Assembly (NCBI GenBank): GCA_016839815.1
Contig: JAEOTM010000035.1
Span: 1-22,562 of the forward strand
Source of the DNA: Candidatus Hodarchaeota archaeon
GTDB lineage: Archaea; Asgardarchaeota; Heimdallarchaeia; Hodarchaeales; Hodarchaeaceae
Length of the DNA: 22,562 bases
Direction: 5' to 3'
Part shown: positions 1 through 7,917 of the stretch, piece after piece
How the letters are laid out: each line of letters begins with the position of its first letter
How positions within the stretch are numbered: position 1 is the first letter of the stretch
Position numbers and translations under genes: made by a program
The notes under the pieces: generated by a model
Database searches by the model: none
The model's input: the letters and a program-made list of their open reading frames with translations, nothing else
Told to the model about the DNA's origin: nothing

Positions 1-497
1 GGTCAGGGAAGAGTTTTGCAGCTGATTATCTAACTACAAAATATCAATGTAAGAAAATACGTCTATCTGGAAAGATGCGTGACATAGCTCATGAGTTACA
101 GATAAAACCAGATAGGGTTTTTCTTCAAGGCATAGGTAAATTCATGCGTGAATTTGATGACGATGTGTGGGTGCGTTATGTAGCAAACAAAGTCCAATCA
201 AGTGAATCTCCTATTGTAATTGATGATATTCGGAGACAAAATGAGATAGATTATCTACAACCGCTTGGATTCAAATTTATACGGATTGATACTAGCTCTG
301 ATATTCGTAGGAAACGGATAGAAAGTCGTGGTGATGGAAAGATTTCTGATGCAGACTGGGAACGATGGGCTACTCATTTAACCGAAAATCAGGTAATGGA
401 GCTAGTCATTGATTATCATATAAAGAATAATGGTACAGTCGAGAACCTACATAAGCTTCTTGACGAAATCATGATTAAAATTCAGAAAGACAGATGA
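1..497 (+). CDS. P-loop nucleoside-monophosphate-kinase-fold protein (UPF0200/dephospho-CoA kinase/dNMP kinase-like), 5'-truncated at window edge
   Basis: The frame is open upstream of the ORF-track start at 75. Codons from position 3 read SGKSFAADYLTTKYQCKKIRLSGKM, the end of a Walker A motif. Later come IVIDDIRRQNE, RRKRIESRG (lid-like) and IKNNGTVENL, typical of this kinase fold. Stop TGA 495-497. Confidence 0.8.
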   Translation, partial: SGKSFAADYLTTKYQCKKIRLSGKMRDIAHELQIKPDRVFLQGIGKFMREFDDDVWVRYVANKVQSSESPIVIDDIRRQNEIDYLQPLGFKFIRIDTSSDIRRKRIESRGDGKISDADWERWATHLTENQVMELVIDYHIKNNGTVENLHKLLDEIMIKIQKDR

Positions 498-499
498 AA

Positions 500-922
500 T
501 CATTCATAGTCCTTTAGAAGATCCATTGATCCTTTCATCTTCTTCTCGACTTTTTGTTTCTTACGAGAAGCAAGAGCTCCCTTTAACTCATCCACACTGA
601 ATTGATCGGATTCAGCAGAAGGTACATCCTCAAAAGTTCCACCTGTAAGTACAGTGGCTTGACCTCCAGGAGGAATACCAGTATTCGGCCTTTTAGCCTG
701 TCTCAAGTAAACTTGGAATGAATCTACAAAATTACGGGCAACTTTCATAACTAAATCATCAAGAACTCCGGGATTATCTAATCCATATTCAAGTCCCCGA
801 CGAATTTCTGCTATTTGAGATTCAATAGCTTGAGGATTCGTTTTAAAAGCCTTATTAACAATAAGATCTATTAATTTCTTTAGCTCTTGTCCCATCCACG
901 GGTTGTAGTCCTGGCTAGCCAT
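500..922 (-). CDS. Hypothetical protein, 140 aa (helical N-half, low-complexity linker, basic C-terminal helix)
   Basis: ATG start preceded by GAAGGTAGGA. Its stop lies 2 nt from the stop of the convergent kinase gene. No recognisable family motif. Confidence 0.75.
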   Translation of the reverse strand: MASQDYNPWMGQELKKLIDLIVNKAFKTNPQAIESQIAEIRRGLEYGLDNPGVLDDLVMKVARNFVDSFQVYLRQAKRPNTGIPPGGQATVLTGGTFEDVPSAESDQFSVDELKGALASRKKQKVEKKMKGSMDLLKDYE

Positions 923-1004
923 AAGTCCTACCTTCAGTATTTTTCTAACGTTACTTCTTTTTATGCATTACTAATATGATTTATCGATTATTTCGTGTTT
1001 TCGA

Positions 1005-4000
1005 TTATTTTTTATCTTTTTTACCTGTAAAGTCCATCATTTCATCCAAAAGTTGCTCTGAAAACTGTTTATCTGCAGCTGACACCTTATTCTGCTCCCC
1101 AAGAAATTTCGAACTAATAAGCTGATATTTTTTTGTAAATAAATCTAACCATTTTTTCTTCTTACGACGCCCTAAATCAGGAAGAAGCTCGTTTAGTAAG
1201 TCAATGAAGCTTATTGCAATTTCCTTTGAAGCAGTTTGGTTGTTTAATTTTTCAATTATTTCATCCAATATTTCTAAAGATCTTATATATTCACCAGCAC
1301 CAAATTCATTTCTGAATTGAGCCTCAAGAAGCTTAAAAGTTGTTATAGTATTGCTAATTCCTTGAGAAATTTTTAATGCTTCTTCATGTGCAAAATTTTT
1401 CAGTGCTTTATTCTTTTGGTAGAAATTGCCGATATTAAACAGAATGATGGCCGCAGTATCTTTCTGTTCATCATTTAAAGATCGTGTTAGTAATTCTATC
1501 CATGAAATGATCTTACGTACATCTTCCTCCGGGAAATTCTTGGCAGTTACAATTGGATTCAGTTGTTTGATGAGTGCTAGCTTAAGTTCTGGAGGAATCG
1601 AATTAAATGTCTCCTGATTTCGAGTTAAAAATTCCACTATTTCATCGAATAAAGATTTCTCAAGAAATCGATCCATTACATTTGTTGCCAAAAAGATTGT
1701 TTGTGAATGTGCTTCTGATATTCCTCTTATGAGTAAGGTTATTTGTGAATTGAATAAGTCCTTTTCATTTCGATTAAGAGTATCAAATACTAGATTCAGA
1801 TATTTTTCAACAGTTTCTTTAACTAATGATGAATTCGGACTAGTTGATCCGATTAGTAGTTTGAAATATAATTTTAAGAGGTCAGTGGTGTTTTCTGGTG
1901 CATGCTGGAAGAAATAAGGAAGAAAATCATGAATCAATATTGCTACTTCATTTATCTTAAAATCATCTAAACCAAGGTTCACCACATCATACACTTTGGC
2001 AATAGCTCCCTCATAGTTACCCCGGCCAATGAAAGCTTCTACCTTCTTTCGTTCGATTTCAAGAATCTTATCGGTTTGATTGAAATGTTTATAGATCCGT
2101 TCAAGCAGTTCAATAAATCCTAATGACTCATCGAATCGCTTTTGAGAGAATAACTCATTAATAAAACCAGTTAGAACTTGTGTTATAGGTTGGAGAGATA
2201 ATGTTACCTCTGTCATAAAAACGCGTGAGAGTGGTTCCCAAGATCGCTCAAGGAAGATCATTGTATAAGCAATATTATCTACACTCCATAATTTTCGTGC
2301 TTCAGATAAAGCAATGGAGGATGCTTCTTGTAACATCTCTAAGTCGGCGTATATCGTTAAAGCCTGATCGACTAACGTGAAATAAGTATCAAAATCTCCT
2401 TTTGTGAATTGTTCTTTTGCATTTGTTAAGTAGGTATCTGCAAGAGAAAGAGAATCTAATGATGTCTGTTGTGAACTATCTGCCAGAAATTCAATTCCTT
2501 TGTCTGTTTTACCATGGTGTAACAAAGCAGATCCAAAAGATTTATCAAATACAGCAACTTCTTCCATGGTTCCGATTTGAGACATGATTGATCTAGCTGC
2601 TCGAAATTGTTGAAAAGCAAGCTTTTCGGTGATTGGAATGAGATTAATTGCTTTTTCCAACATCAGGTTTGCTGCATCGGCATCTTGTTTTAGTTGGATT
2701 AAGCATGATATCAAAAATTCCAAAAATCGGCTAGAGATGGGATCACTTGAATCAAGTTCTAGATGATGATTCTTCCGATTCTCCACAAAGTCGAGAATTA
2801 AGCCAATTTTTTCCATAAGAACTTCTTGAAGAAAAATGTTGAATGCCTTTCCGAGATATTCAAATCCTCGGTCAGCTAATCCTTTATCAAAGAAATGAAC
2901 ACTAATTTCAAAAGCAGAATCGCCTTGTGCCTCTTTAATTCCAATAAAGTCATATAAATTGGTAATAAGCGTATAAACTGAATCTATAAAGGAGAATTCT
3001 TCCTCGTTTGATAGAAATCGATTAATTAATCCCTCCAACCGCTGTACAGCTGGTAAAATCTCCTCTTGACCTGCATTTAATTGAATAAGAAAATTCACCT
3101 GATTATGAATTATTGAAATCATGTAAGTATACTGTTGTTTTTCTCTTAACCGTTCGATCATGTCATTAGATCGTCTCATTGCTCTGGAAACATTTTCCGT
3201 TCGACGAAGATATTCAAAATTCTGACTGAAGAGAGATAAAGCTTCATCTACTTGATTGTTTTCTAGAAGAAATAGAGCTTGCTGTGAATACAGTAGATCG
3301 TACTTATCTCCATCTCTTAATAACAAATAGACGTTTCCAAGAATGGTAATGAAGTCACTATGAAACAAGGTTGTTTTTAAAGGCTCAAATAATTCCTCTA
3401 GAGTTTTTGCAAAAGCTTGCAAGGTAATTATATCAGTGTCTTGATAGAGTACACTTACTTCCTGTAGATATTCCAATTCCTTCTCATAATTGCCCATCCT
3501 GCTGTGATACTGGGCAAATTTCATCTTTACTTGTCCAGCAGCTTCTTTTTCATTGATATTAACATACGTATCAACTAGGAAATTCTCTAATCGCTCTGCA
3601 GATGATACTTTATTAATCTCGAGAAGCTCATCAACTTTATTTTCCAGTTCATCAGTAATTTTATGGATTCCAGCAAATCTTGAATGAGAAATCAGTATAT
3701 CCACTGCTTTAGTAATATATACAAAATCATCAGATAATAAACCTTGATCAATTAATTGTTTTCCTACTTCACGAATATAAACAGCAACATTTTCAATTTT
3801 TTGATCTCTCCCAGTGTTTTTACAAATTCCGCTAATTTTATTGAAATAAAGCATAGGAAAAAGACTATCTGGGTCGTCAAAACTAGTCTTAGAGGACTGG
3901 TGAATGAGTTGTACCATAGCGCGGGTTCCTTCAGAATAAAGAAATTCAATGACTTCATTTGGAACCGTTTCATCACCAACAAGAATTGAATTTTGAATGG

Positions 4001-4925
4001 CATCATCAAATGTATCGAAAGATTGATCGATTTGATTATTACTGAGGTATATTTTTCCGACTTCTATTAGAATTTTTGAGAATTCCTGTAAGGTTTGAGC
4101 TTGGAGATGAGCTGTCTTCGATCGTGCAATTAGAGTTTCTCCAAGTTCCCGTTTTTCTGGATCAGAAAAATCTTCTGAAAGCAATTTAAGTCCAAGATCA
4201 GCGTAAACTGATTTCTCGATATCGATGACTTTAATATTGTGCTCTTGATCATCAAATAGACTTCTTGCCTCTTCAAATAGATAAAAACCTTTTTCTAATT
4301 TGTTTTTTCTAATATTGATTTCTGCTTCAGCTAGTAAGGATTCAAAAGTTTCTTCTTGATTTTTCATAAGTGAAAATATAATACGCGATTTCTCAAAGGC
4401 TTCTTCTGATTCTCGTTCGCGTTCTGTCTTTTTGGAAGGTGCAAGTTGTTTTCCTACCTCTACAAACACTTTTCCTGCTAATAAAAACTCTTTATTCCTT
4501 TGTGATATTCCAGAGACAATTTCACGACATTCCCCCAAGAAATATCTTGTTAACGCACCGTTTTTAGTTATATATTCTTCATTTTCTACCAGTACTTTAA
4601 TATATTCTTCAATGATCGGAATGGCGGATGCTGCATACCGAAAAAGTTCTTTCTGAGTCTTTGTTTTTCCTCTTCTAGCTACGTTGATGATTCTTCGATA
4701 TAGTACGATAACAGCCTCAGCTCGTTTGTCTTTCTGTCGCGCAGTAATAGCTCGTTCAAGATAGTTTAGGGATTGCTTATAGTCCTTCTGTTCCTCAACG
4801 TAATAATCTGCAATTTCTACGGCTGTTTTTGCTGCGTCATCCCACTTTTTTTTCTTCTCATATTTTTGAAGATCTTTCGTTTTCTTTTCGAGATTCATAT
4901 CATCCAACCATATCTCAAGAGGCAA
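1005..4925 (-). CDS. Large cytoplasmic alpha-solenoid, TPR/SNAP-like repeat protein, 1306 aa
   Basis: Long uninterrupted ORF with TTG start (alternative ATG 9 codons in). Repeated TPR-like helix pairs, e.g. IEVGKIYLSNNQIDQSFDTFDDAI, FAQYHSRMGNYEKELEYLQEV, AKEQFTKGDFDTYFTLVDQALTIY, GRGNYEGAIAK. No signal peptide, TM segment or catalytic motif seen. Confidence 0.8.
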   Translation of the reverse strand: MPLEIWLDDMNLEKKTKDLQKYEKKKKWDDAAKTAVEIADYYVEEQKDYKQSLNYLERAITARQKDKRAEAVIVLYRRIINVARRGKTKTQKELFRYAASAIPIIEEYIKVLVENEEYITKNGALTRYFLGECREIVSGISQRNKEFLLAGKVFVEVGKQLAPSKKTERERESEEAFEKSRIIFSLMKNQEETFESLLAEAEINIRKNKLEKGFYLFEEARSLFDDQEHNIKVIDIEKSVYADLGLKLLSEDFSDPEKRELGETLIARSKTAHLQAQTLQEFSKILIEVGKIYLSNNQIDQSFDTFDDAIQNSILVGDETVPNEVIEFLYSEGTRAMVQLIHQSSKTSFDDPDSLFPMLYFNKISGICKNTGRDQKIENVAVYIREVGKQLIDQGLLSDDFVYITKAVDILISHSRFAGIHKITDELENKVDELLEINKVSSAERLENFLVDTYVNINEKEAAGQVKMKFAQYHSRMGNYEKELEYLQEVSVLYQDTDIITLQAFAKTLEELFEPLKTTLFHSDFITILGNVYLLLRDGDKYDLLYSQQALFLLENNQVDEALSLFSQNFEYLRRTENVSRAMRRSNDMIERLREKQQYTYMISIIHNQVNFLIQLNAGQEEILPAVQRLEGLINRFLSNEEEFSFIDSVYTLITNLYDFIGIKEAQGDSAFEISVHFFDKGLADRGFEYLGKAFNIFLQEVLMEKIGLILDFVENRKNHHLELDSSDPISSRFLEFLISCLIQLKQDADAANLMLEKAINLIPITEKLAFQQFRAARSIMSQIGTMEEVAVFDKSFGSALLHHGKTDKGIEFLADSSQQTSLDSLSLADTYLTNAKEQFTKGDFDTYFTLVDQALTIYADLEMLQEASSIALSEARKLWSVDNIAYTMIFLERSWEPLSRVFMTEVTLSLQPITQVLTGFINELFSQKRFDESLGFIELLERIYKHFNQTDKILEIERKKVEAFIGRGNYEGAIAKVYDVVNLGLDDFKINEVAILIHDFLPYFFQHAPENTTDLLKLYFKLLIGSTSPNSSLVKETVEKYLNLVFDTLNRNEKDLFNSQITLLIRGISEAHSQTIFLATNVMDRFLEKSLFDEIVEFLTRNQETFNSIPPELKLALIKQLNPIVTAKNFPEEDVRKIISWIELLTRSLNDEQKDTAAIILFNIGNFYQKNKALKNFAHEEALKISQGISNTITTFKLLEAQFRNEFGAGEYIRSLEILDEIIEKLNNQTASKEIAISFIDLLNELLPDLGRRKKKKWLDLFTKKYQLISSKFLGEQNKVSAADKQFSEQLLDEMMDFTGKKDKK

Positions 4926-4959
4926 GTGGATAAACTGATAATAACATAAAAACTCGTTG

Positions 4960-4967
4960 ATATAAAA
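4960..4967 (-). promoter_or_regulatory. Putative archaeal TATA box for the 1306-aa gene
   Basis: TTTTATAT on the minus strand ~35-42 nt upstream of the TTG at 4925, with purine-rich GGAAG just 5' of it (BRE-like). Confidence 0.35.
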
Positions 4968-5102
4968 CTTCCAGAACTAGAAAAACTACGAATCTTTATC
5001 TAATTTACTTTCTGGTGGGTTTTATATACCAATTTCTTTGAATAGACAGTATTACTCTCTGAAATTGAAAAGAAGTAGAACATAATTAGGTGTCATTGGT
5101 CT

Positions 5103-6554
5103 ATGCGTGTAGCTTTATTTGCCAGTGAAATGGATCCATATGTAAAAACAGGAGGATTGGCTGATGTAGTTGGTTCCCTTCCTAAGGAGTTACTCTCTTA
5201 TATCAATAATGTAGATGTTTTTTTACCATTTTACCGTGATATAGAAAGGGGTAATTTTCAAGTAACTAAGACAAAGATCGAATTTAAGCTTAAGCTGGGA
5301 TCAAAAACCCTGAATGGGCAAGTCTATAAGATAGAGGATCGAGGTGTATCTGTATATCTTATAGATAATTATCACCTTTTTCGGAAGAGATCGGATCTTT
5401 ACGTTCGTGGGGGAAAAGATTACCCTGATAATCTAGAAAGATTTGTTTTCTTTTGTAAAGGAGCGTTAGCAGTAATTGAACAGTTATCTTTAGAACAGAG
5501 CTATGATATTTTTCACTGTCACGATTGGCAAACGGCCCTTATTCCCCTGTATACACAAATTTCAGATTTTTACAAAAACAGAAACCGACCTATGACTGTA
5601 TACACCATTCATAATCTTGCTTATCAAGGAAAGTTTCCTAAATCGAAATTTCCAATTCTCCAGCTCCCCCGAAAGTATCTAAGTCCAAATTACCTGGAAT
5701 CTTGGGGAAAACTGAATCTGATGAAAGCAGGGTTGAAATTCGCTGATGAATTGACAACAGTAAGTCCAACATATGCTAAGGAAATTCAAACGAAAGAGCT
5801 TGGAGCAGGTCTACATGATATTCTAACAACCAGGAAGAAGAACTTAACAGGTATTCTGAACGGTGTGGATTATTCAATTTGGAATCCTGAAAAATCCTCC
5901 CATTTAGCTGCTAATTATTCCTTAGCAGATACATCAGGAAAGGTAGAGTGTAAAAAATTTATCCAGAAGTATTTTTCCCTTCCAGTAGAATCTGATGTTT
6001 TGCTTACTGGCCTTGTTTCACGCCTAGCATGGCAAAAAGGAATGAACTTAGTGATTGCAGCACTGAAGGATCTTTTACCTGAACATCAGCTCCAATTTGT
6101 GTTGTTGGGAAGTGGAGATACAAAGTTAGAAGAGGAGTTTCTGGACCTCAGAAAACGATTTCCAAACCAAATCGGTGTGAAAATCGGTTTTAGTCAAGCT
6201 TTAGCTCATCAAATTGAGGCTGGAATTGATGCGTTTCTAATGCCATCCCGTTACGAACCATGCGGTCTTAATGACAAGTATAGTTTAAGATATGGATCGG
6301 TTCCTATTGTACACCACACTGGTGGTCTTGCGGATAGTGTTATTGATTACCAGACGCATCCAATCCGAGGGACAGGTTTCATTTTTTACGAATTTACAGT
6401 CGAGTCATTCAAGGAAGCCATGATAAATGCTCTGAAGATTTTTCAACGAAAATCTGAATGGGCAGAATTGATGAAGCGAGGCATGAAGCAAGACTTTTCA
6501 TGGTCAAAATCAGCAGAACAATACATAGAAGTCTATAAACGGCATATTAAATAA
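5103..6554 (+). CDS. glgA: Glycogen/starch synthase, GT5 family, bacterial GlgA type
   Basis: SEMDPYVKTGGLADV (KTGGL motif), FHCHDWQT, TIHNLAYQG, TVSPTYAKEI, GILNGVD, SRLAWQKG, MPSRYEPCGL, TGGLAD, DFSWSKSA. AGGTG RBS at 5088-5092. Confidence 0.95.
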   Translation: MRVALFASEMDPYVKTGGLADVVGSLPKELLSYINNVDVFLPFYRDIERGNFQVTKTKIEFKLKLGSKTLNGQVYKIEDRGVSVYLIDNYHLFRKRSDLYVRGGKDYPDNLERFVFFCKGALAVIEQLSLEQSYDIFHCHDWQTALIPLYTQISDFYKNRNRPMTVYTIHNLAYQGKFPKSKFPILQLPRKYLSPNYLESWGKLNLMKAGLKFADELTTVSPTYAKEIQTKELGAGLHDILTTRKKNLTGILNGVDYSIWNPEKSSHLAANYSLADTSGKVECKKFIQKYFSLPVESDVLLTGLVSRLAWQKGMNLVIAALKDLLPEHQLQFVLLGSGDTKLEEEFLDLRKRFPNQIGVKIGFSQALAHQIEAGIDAFLMPSRYEPCGLNDKYSLRYGSVPIVHHTGGLADSVIDYQTHPIRGTGFIFYEFTVESFKEAMINALKIFQRKSEWAELMKRGMKQDFSWSKSAEQYIEVYKRHIK

Positions 6555-6566
6555 GTAGTGAGAGTA

Positions 6567-7871
6567 ATGGTAGAATTATCGATTTTAAAGGGAACTAAAG
6601 ATAATCTTCCTGAAGAACAAGTGCTCCGTGAGGAAATCGTTGATATCTTGAAGGAATCCTTTCAATTATATGGCTTTAGACCAGCAACCACACCAATTTT
6701 GGAACTTTGGGAAGTTTTAGCTTCCAAATATTCAGGTGGAGAAGAAATTCTTAAAGAAACCTACAAATTATCAGATCAAGGGCAACGAGAGCTAGGATTA
6801 CGTTATGATCTGTCTGTTCCTCTAGCTAGATTGATTGGAATGAACCCCCATTTGAGTAAACCATTTAAACGTTACGAAATTGGCCCTTGCTTTCGTGATG
6901 GTCCAATTAAAAAAGGAAGATATCGTGAATTTGTGCAATGTGATGCAGATACGGTGGGTGTCACCTCAATGTTAGCTGATGCAGAATGTTTGGCGTTAGC
7001 TCATCAAATCTTTAAACAATTGGGACTAGATGTCTATCTGGAAGTAAATAATCGAAAGCTCCTCTCTGGAATACTAATTGCAGCCGGTGTCCCCTCAGAA
7101 TTATTAAGTACAGCTATTCTCTCGATTGATAAAATGAAAAAAATCGGATTAGATGGTGTACGGGAAGAACTAGCTGATAAAGGGATAAGTTCAGATTTAA
7201 CTGAGAGTATCTTTGCTTATTTTAAACTAGAAGGTCCATATTTAGAAATTCTGGATCAATTGGAGAAAAAAATCGAAAATAAAATAGGTAAAGAGGGTAT
7301 TCAAGAATTAAGAGAACTCTATAAATATTTGGAATTATTCGGGATAATTGATGACGTAAAACTTCTTTATAGTCTCGCTCGTGGATTAGAAATCTATACA
7401 GGAACCGTATTTGAAGCGTTCACTAAAGACTCTACGATTCTTGATTCCTCTTTATGTGCAGGTGGGCGGTATGACAGAATTATCGGGAAATTCCTAGATT
7501 CAAAGCAAATTATCCCTGCTGTTGGAATCTCATTTGGTTTAGATACAATATACGATGCTTTAGCCACCCAAAGGACTCCCCCAGCAAGTAAAACTCAAGT
7601 CTATATTATACCTATAAAATCAATAGATACTTGCGTAAAAATTACCACACAGTTGCGACAGAAAGGCATTCCAACTGAAGTTGATCTCCTAAATCGTAAC
7701 ATCTCAAAAAATCTTGAACATGCCAATCGTCTAGAGATACCATATGTTATTATTGCTGGTAAAAGAGATCTAGCACAAAAAAAAGTCACTCTGAAGGATA
7801 TGCGTAAAGGAACTGAGGAAACAGTTAATGTGAAAGAAATTCATTCACATATTGTTGAACTGATGAAATAA
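6567..7871 (+). CDS. hisS: Histidine--tRNA ligase (class IIa aaRS)
   Basis: KGTKD start, LRYDLSVP, motif 2 FRDGPIKKGRYREFVQCDAD, LARGLEIYTG, AGGRYD, motif 3 AVGISFGLD, and a C-terminal anticodon-binding domain. The ORF track starts at GTG 6558; ATG 6567 is the likelier start. Confidence 0.95.
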   Translation: MVELSILKGTKDNLPEEQVLREEIVDILKESFQLYGFRPATTPILELWEVLASKYSGGEEILKETYKLSDQGQRELGLRYDLSVPLARLIGMNPHLSKPFKRYEIGPCFRDGPIKKGRYREFVQCDADTVGVTSMLADAECLALAHQIFKQLGLDVYLEVNNRKLLSGILIAAGVPSELLSTAILSIDKMKKIGLDGVREELADKGISSDLTESIFAYFKLEGPYLEILDQLEKKIENKIGKEGIQELRELYKYLELFGIIDDVKLLYSLARGLEIYTGTVFEAFTKDSTILDSSLCAGGRYDRIIGKFLDSKQIIPAVGISFGLDTIYDALATQRTPPASKTQVYIIPIKSIDTCVKITTQLRQKGIPTEVDLLNRNISKNLEHANRLEIPYVIIAGKRDLAQKKVTLKDMRKGTEETVNVKEIHSHIVELMK

Positions 7872-7892
7872 TACTAAATCTATTTTGAATTT

Positions 7893-7917
7893 GGAAAAAA
7901 AGAAGAGAACTGAAGAG
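7893..7917 (-). terminator. Pyrimidine/U-tract terminator of the MFS gene
   Basis: Minus strand CTCTTCAGTTCTCTTCTTTTTTTCC directly after the MFS stop codon. Confidence 0.45.

Noticed and set aside
1426-4656. Short ORFs 1426-1617, 1729-1917, 3756-3989, 3764-4009, 4432-4656
   Set aside because: All lie wholly within the 1306-aa gene, antisense or in an alternative frame, with no motifs. Expected shadow ORFs.
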